Positions 9,456 through 20,400 are shown, counted from the stretch's first letter. The stretch is 64,000 nt of DNA from Candidatus Micrarchaeota archaeon (GCA_016212475.1 JACRGC010000001.1:9862-73861); one strand, 5' to 3'. The notes: a model not told the origin generated them from the sequence alone. Numbers and translations are program-made.

Positions 9456-9860
9456 GGGCTTGTACATGAACCTTTTCTTTCTCCTTCAGAAAGAAAAGCC
9501 CTCCGGAAAAGAAAGAGGGCTTTTGCCTTGAAGATTGGGGAAAAGTTTCATCAAAGAAGCTCAGCCTGGTCTAGAGCGCCATCGAACCTTTTTTCTTTCC
9601 CGAAAGAAAAAAGCACTCCGGAAAAAAGAAAGGGCTTTGTTTTCGTGAATTAGAAAAAAAGGGTTTGGCGTAAGTCTTATACGACGGCATTGCGCGTTGC
9701 AATGCTTGACTAGGAGAACTGGATGTCCCGGGAGACCTTTTTCTTTCTTCTTTGAAAGAAAAAGCCCTCGGAAAAAGAAAGAAGCAAATCGCCCTTTCAA
9801 TTCCGGCTGTTCGGGAATTCAAATGCGGATTTTCAATCCCTGAAAATCCCGGCAGGCCCA
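9456..9860 (+). tRNA. tRNA-Ile(UAU) with five BHB introns; exons 9456-9464, 9559-9581, 9674-9681, 9717-9732, 9818-9823, 9847-9860
   Basis: Joined exons give 76 nt, GGGCUUGUAGCUCAGCCUGGUCUAGAGCGCCAGUCUUAUAAACUGGAUGUCCCGGGUUCAAAUCCCGGCAGGCCCA. Acceptor GGGCUUG/CAGGCCC+A73, D-stem GCUC/GAGC, anticodon stem CCAGU/ACUGG with loop CU-UAU-AA, T-stem CCGGG/CCCGG with loop UUCAAAU. Each junction falls after the 2nd nt of a 3-nt bulge next to a 4-bp helix. Confidence 0.9.
9471..9785. repeat. Three ~50-nt imperfect repeats (9471-9520, 9587-9635, 9736-9785), one each in tRNA introns 1, 2 and 4
   Basis: CC-T(n)CTTTC-loop-GAAAG-A(n)-GC(C/A)CT(C)CGG-A(n)-GAAAG with n=4, 6, 5. Confidence 0.9.
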
Positions 9861-9871
9861 CTCAACCCCTC

Positions 9872-9935
9872 TAGGGGGATATCCCCCTACTCGGGTTGCC
9901 TCTACCCCCTTACTAGTGTCGCCCTACCTCCTCTA
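9872..9935. repeat. REP-like GC palindrome element
   Basis: TAGGGGGATATCCCCCTA palindrome followed by GCCTCTACCCCC and GTGTCGCCCTACC; related copies at ~12153, 21421, 48531, 54731. Confidence 0.6.
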
Positions 9936-10106
9936 TTACCTCCCCCAAAGCATACCCCTCCTTTTTGTAAAAATTATTTTTTCAATATGGGGTGTGCAAT
10001 AAATTTTGCAATTTTTAGCTCGTAAAATCTCATTTTTACCTCTATGGGCAGGTTTATATATCATTTGCTGTCCAATTGTACCAATAACTAATAATTTGGT
10101 GATAAA

Positions 10107-10880
10107 ATGGGCAATAAGATTCTGATGATAATTGCAGGCGTTCTGATTCTTGGCGGGCTTGCTTACATGTATGTTAGCTCCTCAAGCAATTCAAATATTT
10201 TAACCGGGGAAAATTCCGATAAGGTAATTGCCGGCGCAGCAGCGTATCCAAATACCGGCGCAATTGATTTCAAATCAACCCCCTCTGGAGCCAACATTTA
10301 TGTTGATGGCGCCTACAAAGGTCTAACCCCAAAAACCGTCCGACCGGTTTCTACCGGTTCCCATTCCGTCAAGCTTACATTGATAGGTTATCTGCCATAT
10401 GATTCAACAGTAAGTGTTAGGAAAGGGATCACTTCTGTAGTTTATGTGACATTGGTTCCAAATGTTACGATTTCTCCTTCGGCTGAACCAACTCCAACTC
10501 CTTCCATAACGCCAACCCCAACGCCCAATGCAACAATATCGCCAACGCCAACAATTACTCCAACTCCTACAGTCAACGCAACTCCAACTCCAACCCCAAC
10601 TGTTAATGCCACACCAACGCCAACAATTACTCCTTCCCCAACACCATTCCCAAACAGCTGCTCTGAAACAGATGGCGGATATAACATTCTAGTCCAAGGT
10701 TCAAACTTTGGCTATTTTGGAGGATTCCCATTCTCGTACAATGATACCTGCGCGGATCCTGTAAACCTTACCGAATTCTACTGCGGAGGATCAACAATCT
10801 ACAACTATACCTCTTCTTGCTACCGCCAATACAACTCAACCAACGACACAATAAGCTGCATTTCAGGAATGTGCGTATAA
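10107..10880 (+). CDS. PEGA-domain membrane-anchored protein with Thr-Pro linker
   Basis: N-terminal TM; [20 protein letters not shown] (PEGA); TPTP repeats; C-terminal CSETDGG...LTEFYC Cys module. Confidence 0.85.
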   Translation: MGNKILMIIAGVLILGGLAYMYVSSSSNSNILTGENSDKVIAGAAAYPNTGAIDFKSTPSGANIYVDGAYKGLTPKTVRPVSTGSHSVKLTLIGYLPYDSTVSVRKGITSVVYVTLVPNVTISPSAEPTPTPSITPTPTPNATISPTPTITPTPTVNATPTPTPTVNATPTPTITPSPTPFPNSCSETDGGYNILVQGSNFGYFGGFPFSYNDTCADPVNLTEFYCGGSTIYNYTSSCYRQYNSTNDTISCISGMCV

Positions 10881-10982
10881 GCACATCCTTTTCTTTTTTT
10901 ATCTGAATTAGCGCTAGCTAGGTTCAAGACTTAAGGTAGGAAAATCAAAATTAGCCTTCAACCATGCAATTTCTAAAAATAA

Positions 10983-12149
10983 TCAGATCTTAACATCCAG
11001 TTTTGAATAAAGCTCCTCATACCCTCTGGCTGATTGCTCCCATGTGAAGTTCTTCTCAACCCTTCTCCTTGCGTTTATTCCCATCCGTTTCCGAAGGCTT
11101 TCGTCCCGAAGCAATTTGAGCATCGCCTCCTTGATTTGGGCCGGGTTTTTCATTTCAAATAGCAATCCGGACTCCTCCTGCAAAATTTCAGGTATGCCTC
11201 CAACGTTTGTGCCAATTACCGGCTTTCCTGTTGCCATAGCCTCGCAAAATACCATTCCAAACGGCTCCCAAACGGATGCAAGGGCAAAAAACTCGCATGC
11301 AGCGTATAGCTCTGTCAAATCCGTTTCCGTGATTTTTTCATTTATGAATATGACGCTTTTCCCAAGCCCCAGATCGGATGCGTATTTCCTAAGCTGCGCT
11401 TCAAGCGGGCCTTTTCCTAAAATAAGAAGCGTAACATCCTTTTCCTCCTTGGCTACTTCAGCAAAGGCAGCAAGCAAGTAGACAAACCCCTTTTGCTGCT
11501 GAAGCCTAGCAACAGAAAGTATCAGCCTATCCTCCCCCAAATTGTATTTCTTCCTGATGTTGCCCTCATCGTTTTTTGGGTTGAATAAATTCACATCCAC
11601 TCCATTGTAAATTACCTGTGATTTTGGGTGCAAATCCTTTGGGGCTGTATTTTTCAAGGTATCTGCTGAAACCGCTGCAAGTGCGTTGCAAGCATTCATT
11701 ATCTGCTTTCCAATAAAATCATCGTAAAAATCACCTAAAAAATCAGTTATAGGATCAACTGCCGCAAGCCTTGCATTATGCAAAGTCAATCCCAGGAGTT
11801 TTTTCCTTCCCAATCGTTTTACAATTGCAACGTCCAAAAGATTGTAGAAAAACCGATTGTGCATGTGGAAAATATCGTGCTTTGGCAATTCTTGGATAAG
11901 AGAAGATTGGAAAAACGGCGAAATTGGAACAGGCGGGGGTACCGGATGCGGTGTTTGATACAGGATTGCAGCCGGGATCCGCTTGATTTTGAACCCGTGC
12001 ATTTCCTCGTACGCAGCTGTATTTGGAAGTTTTGATGTAAGCACGGTAACATCGTGCTTTTTTGCAAGGATTTTTGAAACTTCCAATATGTGCTTTTCCG
12101 TCCCTCCCTGATACGGATAGAAAAACGGATTCAGCATGCAGATGTTCAT
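10983..12149 (-). CDS. GT4-family glycosyltransferase
   Basis: GGTEKH, VIYNGVD, SVARLQQQKG, EPFGMVFCEAMATGKPVIGTNVGGIPE. Confidence 0.93.
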   Translation of the reverse strand: MNICMLNPFFYPYQGGTEKHILEVSKILAKKHDVTVLTSKLPNTAAYEEMHGFKIKRIPAAILYQTPHPVPPPVPISPFFQSSLIQELPKHDIFHMHNRFFYNLLDVAIVKRLGRKKLLGLTLHNARLAAVDPITDFLGDFYDDFIGKQIMNACNALAAVSADTLKNTAPKDLHPKSQVIYNGVDVNLFNPKNDEGNIRKKYNLGEDRLILSVARLQQQKGFVYLLAAFAEVAKEEKDVTLLILGKGPLEAQLRKYASDLGLGKSVIFINEKITETDLTELYAACEFFALASVWEPFGMVFCEAMATGKPVIGTNVGGIPEILQEESGLLFEMKNPAQIKEAMLKLLRDESLRKRMGINARRRVEKNFTWEQSARGYEELYSKLDVKI

Positions 12150-12152
12150 GGC

Positions 12153-12217
12153 AACCCCAAGGGGGCAAATCTCCCTCAGTCTTGCCGGACGCCTTAGCCC
12201 CCTGTGCGTTCAACATT
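12153..12217. repeat. REP-like element, degenerate copy
   Basis: CAACCCCAAGGGGGCAAATCTCCCTCAGTCTTGCCGGACGCC aligns with CAAACCCAAGGGGGGTGACCCCCCTTAGTTTTGTCGGATGCC at 21421. Confidence 0.6.
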
Positions 12218-12293
12218 AAAAAAACTAAGAAGGAACTACGTGTAATGGCTAAGGCTTGATAAAATATAAACTTAATCAAAACGAATTTTGTAT

Positions 12294-12743
12294 TTATCTG
12301 TTATAGGCTATCACGATAAAATACATAGCTATAGTTACCAAAAAAACAAAAATGTACCCAAGAACGCATAATCCGGTGCTCTTCATAAAGCTGATTTTTT
12401 TGTTTAACTTGTTAATTATTACTATTTGACCGACCAATCCAATTACCAAACCGATAGTCGAAAGCGGTGTGTCGGATCTATAATCTTTTGAAAAAAATTC
12501 AGAAATTGGTTTAAAAAAATAAGTTAAAAAAACCGGAAGGATGCTTGCAATGAGTATGCTTTTTGTTTCAAGTTTTAAACTTAAGACTTTAGATGCAAAG
12601 AATAATCCAATGATAAAAATAACCGGTAAAATTATCATATAATAATTTTCAAATGGATTGATAAGAGATGGCGAATAAGCATTCACGGTTGAAATTAAAT
12701 AAGAGAGGAAAACCAGAAAAACCAGTGCAAAAGGTTTTTTCAT
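12294..12743 (-). CDS. Hypothetical multi-pass membrane protein (AT-rich)
   Basis: 149 aa with 4-5 hydrophobic segments. Confidence 0.65.
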   Translation of the reverse strand: MKKPFALVFLVFLSYLISTVNAYSPSLINPFENYYMIILPVIFIIGLFFASKVLSLKLETKSILIASILPVFLTYFFKPISEFFSKDYRSDTPLSTIGLVIGLVGQIVIINKLNKKISFMKSTGLCVLGYIFVFLVTIAMYFIVIAYNR

Positions 12744-12747
12744 ATTT

Positions 12748-13014
12748 TCATCCTTTCATCGATTCAAGATCGCTCATCAAATTCCAAATCATCGTCCGCG
12801 CGTGCATTGGGAGGTTAATGTCCGAGCTGACTTCATCAAGAGAGTAGATAACGGATCCAATTGCCAAATCGGAATCCTTGTTCTCCTTAAGCTTGCTTTG
12901 CGCTCCGGCAAGGTTTGTCCTAACATTCCTTGGGATTGAAGTATCATTGATTAGAAGGTCGAGCATCCCTGAAATTTTTTCAATATCGCTTTGAGTTATT
13001 TTTACCATTTGCAT
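12748..13014 (-). CDS. UPF0147-family protein
   Basis: DTSIPRNVR, LDEVSSDINLPMHARTMIW. Confidence 0.88.
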   Translation of the reverse strand: MQMVKITQSDIEKISGMLDLLINDTSIPRNVRTNLAGAQSKLKENKDSDLAIGSVIYSLDEVSSDINLPMHARTMIWNLMSDLESMKG

Positions 13015-13162
13015 CCCTAAAGTTTTTTCCATCGTATATTTTACGCCTAGTTGCACTTCTTTAGCGCATAAAAGTTATTAAAGAATCGTTTTTGCTCTGA
13101 AAAATTGGAAGGCCAATACTAATGCCGGTTCCAATATCGATCTATCCCAACTTAAAATAATT

Positions 13163-14389
13163 TCAATATTTGATAATCAGCTTATCGCCAATATTTGCAA
13201 TGCTCTCAAACCCTAGGTCGATTTTTTGGCCTCTTTGGGTTTGAATGATGATTGCCTCTTTTTCCTTGTCAATGCTAAGTATTTTGCCAAGGAAGCCCCC
13301 AATTTCGGTGTAAACCTCCTTCCCAACGAGTGCCATTTTCCCAATTATGCTCTTCTTGAACTGCTTTGCCAGATAGATCACAAGGGACATTGCAATAATT
13401 GTCAAAATAAGCGAGTAGAAGAAGTCCGCAAAGCTGATGTTCCCAATAACCCAATCCGCTGCATTGTTGGCAATTGTCCAAAACAGCAAAACAGCTGCAA
13501 TTGAAATCGCATAATTTGGGAGCATGTATTTTTTCTTTTCATTCCAAGCCTCAAGCAGATTGCCGCCAATTAGCAAAAGCAGTGCAATTGGAAACAGTAG
13601 CAAGAAATCCTTGAGCGCAAACGCTGCAATTTTGGCGATATTGTCAACTCCGGCAATTTGAAGCGTTGAAACCCTAGCAATTGCCAGATAAATTGAAATA
13701 ATCATGAATGCAGCCGAAGCAAATAGGAAAATAAAGCTGATCCGCTCAAGTGAAAATTCGGTCCTTGCAAACCTTCTAAGTATCGCCTCTTCAACGCCAA
13801 ACCCTTTCAATATCAAATACGCGCCAAACATCCCAATGAATATCCTAATCCCAACTTCCTGGAATAGGAACGTAAGTATGAGCAAAAGCCCCGGGATCCC
13901 AAAAACAATCCTTGCAAACTGCGGCTCCTTTAATTTTTCAAGCATTACAAAGTATGTCTTTTCAAGCTCTTTTGATTGCTTGACAACTAATTGCTTGACC
14001 GAGTTGACTTTAACCCTTGATTGCACAAGCGGAAGGATCTGCTCATCACTTGCGCCATCTGAAATGAACACGCAAGCTTCCGGCTTGAAATCATCAATGA
14101 CCTTCTCCAATTGTTTTACGATTTCCCTATCCGCGTAATACCCAAGCCTTACGCTTCCGGTGATTGTTGCAATTTCCACCTTATAGTTCTCGTGCAAAAG
14201 CTCATCATAGGTTTTTACCGCCTGGAAAATAGTGTTCCCATCCGTATCGCCGGGGTCTGCAATTGAAAATTTGGTTGCCGCCTCGATGTTTGCCTTCCTT
14301 CCTATGATTGGGCCCTTTATCCTTGCCTTCTCATAAAGGTCATCATCCACATCCACGCAAAGCACAAGCAGCCTTTTTGCATCAGCCAT
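13163..14389 (-). CDS. DUF373-family membrane protein
   Basis: LVLCVDVDDDL, PIIGR, DPGDTDGN, ISDGASDE, VVKQSKELEKTY; TM region; PRC-barrel-like tail. Confidence 0.85.
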   Translation of the reverse strand: MADAKRLLVLCVDVDDDLYEKARIKGPIIGRKANIEAATKFSIADPGDTDGNTIFQAVKTYDELLHENYKVEIATITGSVRLGYYADREIVKQLEKVIDDFKPEACVFISDGASDEQILPLVQSRVKVNSVKQLVVKQSKELEKTYFVMLEKLKEPQFARIVFGIPGLLLILTFLFQEVGIRIFIGMFGAYLILKGFGVEEAILRRFARTEFSLERISFIFLFASAAFMIISIYLAIARVSTLQIAGVDNIAKIAAFALKDFLLLFPIALLLLIGGNLLEAWNEKKKYMLPNYAISIAAVLLFWTIANNAADWVIGNISFADFFYSLILTIIAMSLVIYLAKQFKKSIIGKMALVGKEVYTEIGGFLGKILSIDKEKEAIIIQTQRGQKIDLGFESIANIGDKLIIKY

Positions 14390-14493
14390 GTTCTCAACTC
14401 AAATAATTTCATGAATTAGGGTTTGGAGGTTTAAATAAGTGCTGATTTTGGGAACTCAATTGGTCTCCAGCTAAATACCTACCTATTGTAAAT

Positions 14494-17400
14494 TCAGCCT
14501 TGGGTGTTTGGATTCCCCGATGCAATCCTTTGCATGAAAACATCCCAGCTATTTGCTGAAACATCCTGCGGCTTTCGAACTAAATTAACCGCGGCGTTGT
14601 TTATTGATGTGGATGTAGTTTCCATTGCTTCATCAAAAAGCACTTTCAAAGCTGCCCTCACCAATTTCTTGCTAGAATCGGAGTAATCAATCTTTGGCAC
14701 ATTCGCATCCAATATGCATTGATCGCTCCCGGAAACCGGATTGACTTGCATTTTGCATGCATTGTATTCCTTTCCAATTGCAATCATCAATTTGTTTTCC
14801 TTCTTTGCCTCATCGTATTTCATGATAATTTTGCTTGGAATTTCATTGGTTTTCATTTTCTCGATCGTAATTGCATCAATTACATCCACTTTGCATTTGT
14901 TTGCATCCGTAAACATGTTATTCAAAACCATGTTGCTTTCCATATCTTGGCTCATTACTCCAAAATAGCAGCTTTCAACCTTGATTGCCCTTGGATCGGC
15001 TTCCTTATCACTTATGATTAGTTTTTTGAGTTCCGCATCATCGAATACGTTTGCCTTTAATTTATCATCCGCAAAATTGAACGGATACTTGTTCATTGTG
15101 AATAGGTTTGGCTTTCCAGGCGAATCAAATTTAATGCCATAATTTGATCCATCCAATTCCGTGTAAAAGTAGCTCGGAGGCTGGTTTTTGCCAGCAATCC
15201 TAAGCAAGTCCAATGCCCCAGAAGGCGGCTTGATTGGAATTAATGGCGCAATTGTTGAAATCGGGGTTGCGGTTTTTTGCGTATTGATTTGTTCATCGTC
15301 TGATTTTGTCAAATCAAGAAGCGGGAAGAAACCTTCCTGGCCAAGCCCGTTTTCTGATTTATCAAAAAGCTTGACGGAATCTACAACATAACCAGACTCC
15401 GACCCATCAGCTGCGCGCTTCAAAATCACTGAAATCTTGAAATTATCCGTGCCGACTATGGGTTTTGTGTATTGGATCCTTGGCATATATGCCGGATCGC
15501 CAAGCAATTTCTGCATGATTTTTGCCTTTACTAAATCAAAATTCCCCTGGCCTGCAAATGCTGCCTGCAAATTATTCACAACTTCAGAATCGCAAGCCGC
15601 CCTTCCGAATTGTTCTTTTGTGATTGCCCAAAGCTCTCCTCCGCTAACCGAATTATCGCAATACTCTCCGCCTTTATAGCAATTGTAATCGGTTGGATCT
15701 TGAACCGGGCCTCCCTGCCTGCAAATCCCTCCTGTAATGGCGTCGATTCCCTTGCAAAGCTCAAATTGCGCCTTGTCTGCAAGATAATCCTTCATCGTAA
15801 GTGAAAACGCCTCTGCAAATCTCCTTGCTGCGTAATCTCCAAAGCCGGCAAAATCAATCCTTTGCACAATAACTGGTTTTTGGAGTTCGCCAATTTCCGC
15901 ACTGAACTTTTTGAGTGTGTTGGCTCCATCATCAAATGTGCAAAAGCCATCCTTGCTGCAATAGAGCGGATCATCGTTTTTGAATTCTCCGGTAAGCGGG
16001 TTTCCGACAACATCAAAGTCAGAAACCTTTGCTTTTGCATCAATTGGCGGAATTGGAAGCGCGATCGTGTCTGCCTTGATTTTATCTCCCCTGCCAAGGG
16101 TAATGGATTCAATTTCTTTTTGGGCCTTGTTTTGCTCATAATAATAAATATTCTCCAAGCCTAGCCCTCCCTGCTCAAGGTTGGCATTTGCCAGATTTGC
16201 CGAAGGGACATTGTTTACCAGGAATGATGGTTCTTTTGCTCCATTAGTCCCAACCCTTGCAATCGGCGCTTCCGATGGCACATTAATCAAAGCAAACTTC
16301 CCGATTTTATTATCGATTGTGAAATGAACCGTAATTGTAAACGCCTGATTCCTATTCGGGAATGCAACGTTGATTTTCTGATCAAGAGTATCCCCAGCGT
16401 GTTCCTTGAACCTGATTGCCAAATATCCATCCTTCATGTAATATTCAATCATTGATGGCTTGTTCATCAAAATGAATGTTGCATACCTTGGAGCATTTGC
16501 AACCAAATCGTTGATTGCTGTAAGCTTTCCGTTGATGAATCCATCCACTCCAATTTTATCAACCTGCACTGCGCGCAAATATCTGATATCTTTCTCATTT
16601 AGTGTTCCTTTAATCAAAAGCTGGTCCGGCGAAGCCGAATAGAGCGCATAATCATTTACAATTGTAAATGCCATCCCATTTGTTGGAAGAAGCGGTGTAA
16701 TTACGACATTGCAGTCAAATCCAGCTCCCTTAACTTCGCATATTCCCTGATGATATGCTCCCGCAAGCGTGCCGGATCCTCCGAACTGTTCCCTGAATAG
16801 CTGCTCTGATTGGGTGACTTGATCATTTGGCGAATATGCCTGCGTCATGGGGTTAAATCCATTGCCATAAACCTGAGGCATTGCAAGGCCTGGTTGTATT
16901 GCAGCAGTTACTCCATTTGGCCGAACAAAGAATTTGTAAACGCTGCTATAAGCAATCTGCTGGCTCTTTCCATCGGATGGGTTGAAGAAGCTAACCGCGC
17001 TCCTTGCAAGATGGCCGATGAACCTTTGCGCAAAGTAATTCGCATTCTTGTACCTGCAAACCTTGTCCAAATTCCCAACTTCAATTACTCCTTTTGTTGC
17101 CGTTCTTGTTCCGTCGTAATAGTTGTAAATTCCGGTTTTATCAAAAACATGCTCGTAAGGTTTGCCCGGCAAAATGTTTGGAGAATTGAATGAACTTTGC
17201 TTAACGCTCCTAGCTACTTTATCCGCGTTAACCCAGATTACTTTCCCATTCTCCGGGATGTTTACGCGAATTGGGTTAAATCCAGTTGGAGTTATGTAAA
17301 CAACTCCCGATCCTCCAACCTGTGCGAATGGGGATTTTGGCCCGTTGACCTTGATTACAACTGTTTTTTGAGCCCGGTTTGCAAAAGTTATGTAAAGTCT

Positions 17401-20400
17401 TCCGATGTGAATCGGCTCCATTTGCAAAACAGGCGCTGTTGGCGATGGCGAAACTTCTTCAGCAAAAGAAATTTTGCTTGCCTTTTCATCAGCAAATTCC
17501 AATTTTGAAGCGGCTTGAACTTGCATTGCACTATTTGGATCGTAAGTTGGAATTGCCGGCTGCGTATACTTTGGATGCGTAGAATAATCCGCCGTGAGAG
17601 TTAGGATGTTTGCGTGAGTGGCGCAATCCACACTCACATATGTTTGCATCTTTTGGATCTCGTCGGTTTCAGGGCTTTTGATTTCGCATCCTGTAACTGT
17701 CGAGCCTTGCGCAACTTTTACAAGGGAATAATCGGAAACAAAGCCGTAATTTTCATCAAGATCAATTACTATGGGATCCGGTAGGTCTGCATATGGCACA
17801 ACCACATTTTCCTTAACGCAAGAATTTTCAGTGCAAACAAATCCGGATCCGCACTGCGCATCAGTTGCGCAGAACTTTTCAAGCGATGGGCAAGTGACCT
17901 TCGAGCTGATTTTTAGGTTTGCATGCGCGCCGCCTGTTGCTTCGGCGTCAATATTCAAATCACAGACATTTCCCTGCTTTAACGGGTTCAATATGAGGGA
18001 TTTGGATTTCTTTGCAAGCAAATCAAAATTGACATTCATTCCTCTTTGTTCGAGGTTTGTTACGCCATCGCCAAGTATTTCAAGGCACGCGCTTTGCGCT
18101 TTGACTGTGATTTTCGCATCCAATAAATTGGCAACATCAATTGTGTTGCCATCGCATGAAAGAATAAGCGATTTTGAGCTTGCAGAAAGGAATTCATTCA
18201 ATTTGACAACAACTTCCTTTTCAGCATCCCTAAACCCTTCGCGCTTTGCAACAATTTTGAACTTCCCGGTGTTGTATGGGTGCAATCTGTTGAACGCATA
18301 AACCCCATCTTCCCCTGCATCCTTGGCATTTTCCCCAACTATTTCATACGGCACTGCGCCATCAAAGACATTCCCATCCGTTTCCTCAATTGAAACAACC
18401 GCATCGGTAATTTGCGATCCATCAATTGCATTTGTTAGGGACACTTTGATTTTGCTCTCATCATTTGCCTCAATCAATAGCGGAGATGCAGCCATTACCA
18501 TGTTATTAGTTCCGGAAACCGTAATGTATGCGCCAAATGATTGCAAAACCCCATCCGCATTCCCAATTTCCAAATCAATTTTGGAATACCCTGCCGGGAT
18601 AATTCCTTGCATGGAAATTTTTCCTTGCAATAACTTTCCAGCCTGCATATCATCAAGCGAAATCAGCTGCGAATTCTTGCCTTGCGCATTTCCGGTTGTT
18701 TCTCCTACATTGAATTCAAATATCTTAAGCTCCGGCTGGGTTGTGATTTTCAAGTATGCCGAGTTTCCAATTGCCGAAAGTGCCCTAATTGAAACAAATG
18801 AGGCAAACTTGCTTCCAACATCAACTGAAAATCCTTTTGAGACTTTTTGCCCGTTTGCATTCTCAAACAATAGCGAAGTGCATGCATTATCGTTGCATTT
18901 GAACCTATCTTCAATAACAGTAAATTTGGTCTTGTTTGCTGCTGCGTAGCACCAATCCTTTGCATCAGTTCTTTCATTCCTTCCAAATGCGGAATCTTCA
19001 GGAGTTCTTGCAAACACCTTCCCAATTGCCGAATATCCCCTATAATCAAATGCAATTTCATCGGTTGTTTTTGCAAGCGGTTTTACAAATACCTTGACAA
19101 TAATTGCCTTTGAGCTTTGCTGCTTCCTATATTCGTAATTGAGCCATTTGACCGGCTTATCATCCGCTTCCTCATTAATTCCGCTATCCAATTTGCAATT
19201 ATCCGATGGTCTGAACGCAAATCCTTTTGTGATGATTGCATTTTCAGGCTTTGAATAAGAGTCTATGTAAACAATATCGCTTTCTGCTTCAACTGCGTCC
19301 CTGGATGAGGCTTTGATGAAAATCCCGGCTTTTTCAGAGTTTGATGGGATATTTAGGACAAATTTTGCATTATAGTAATTGCCCTTTGTTAGCGTGCTAG
19401 GATTCCTGCTAAATACCCCATTCCCATCGAGCGCTGAAACCCCTTCAAAATAAACCGCCAGCTCATCCTTCAAAGCCGAAGGGATCAAAGCGCCTTCAAA
19501 ATTCTTTTTCTCAAGCGGTTCGACAAAAAAGTCCTCGCTTTCATAGTCCACAAAGTTTTGCGAGGAGATTTTGAAGTAAATCAATTTGTTGGCTGGAATA
19601 TCAATTGTGCATGTACCTGATGAAAAATCATTGCAATCAATAATTTTCGAATCATCCATTCTAAGGTAAGCGGAAGCTTTTCCTGAATTTATTGGTTTTC
19701 CATTTGTTGCATCCTTAAGCGAAATAATTGCGGTCCCCTTTGCCTGATTTAATTTCAGGGGGATTTCAACTACTTCATTTACCTGCGGAAGGAACATTGA
19801 AGAGCTTCCAGAAACGGATTCAAAATTCCCCTTAGCAATGTATTTTGCCTCATCCCCAAGAAGTTCAATTGGGACGTTTTCAAATTTTGCAATCCCATCT
19901 TCCATTGAAATTGCCTCCTTTATGCCTGCAAAGTAGCCTTCCTGTGTCATCAAATTGACTTTTGCTCCCTGAACAAGTTCGCCATCAAAATCAATTACCT
20001 TGACATTTACGGATCCAACAGAATCATCGGAAATTTTTTGAAGGACAATGCTCCTATCATCGCCGGCAATCAAATCAAGCTCGTATGTTGGCAAATACCC
20101 CTCCTTTGAAAATGTCGCATACACTAATTTATCAGTTGAAAATGCAATTTTCCCGTCAGCATTGGTAGATTTGGAAGTTGATAGGGGAATTCCCGTGTCC
20201 TGATTGTAAATTTTAACTGAAACTTGCGCAATTGCAGCTCCTTGCTTATCTGAAACCAAAAGCGTGATGTTCTTATCCCTAGAAGTGGTTTTTTCCAAAA
20301 CAACATTGAATTCTAAAGGATCTTTTGATGTCAGAATCTGCGCATCACCCGAGCCATCGTATGTTTGCAATAGATCGGATTTCCTAGGCTCGGCCACCAC

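Noticed and set aside
9434-9462. Sixth intron at tRNA position 7/8
   Set aside because: A GGCC/GGCU central helix is possible, but flanking helices are missing and the bulge is sequestered in UGCAGAA/UUCUGCA; treated as a leader, though not fully excluded
9471-9785. Mini CRISPR array
   Set aside because: Repeats are ~50 nt and degenerate, spacing is uneven, the spacers contain tRNA exons, and there are no cas genes in the window
9425-9861. SRP RNA or RNase P RNA (terminal stem, ~430 nt)
   Set aside because: No SRP helix-8 motif or RNase P P4 signatures; the region is fully explained as a multi-intron tRNA
9561-9861. Minus-strand ORFs of 79 and 96 aa
   Set aside because: Low-complexity translations antisense to the tRNA gene
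10442-10687. VGVG-repeat ORF
   Set aside because: Antisense shadow of the Thr-Pro linker
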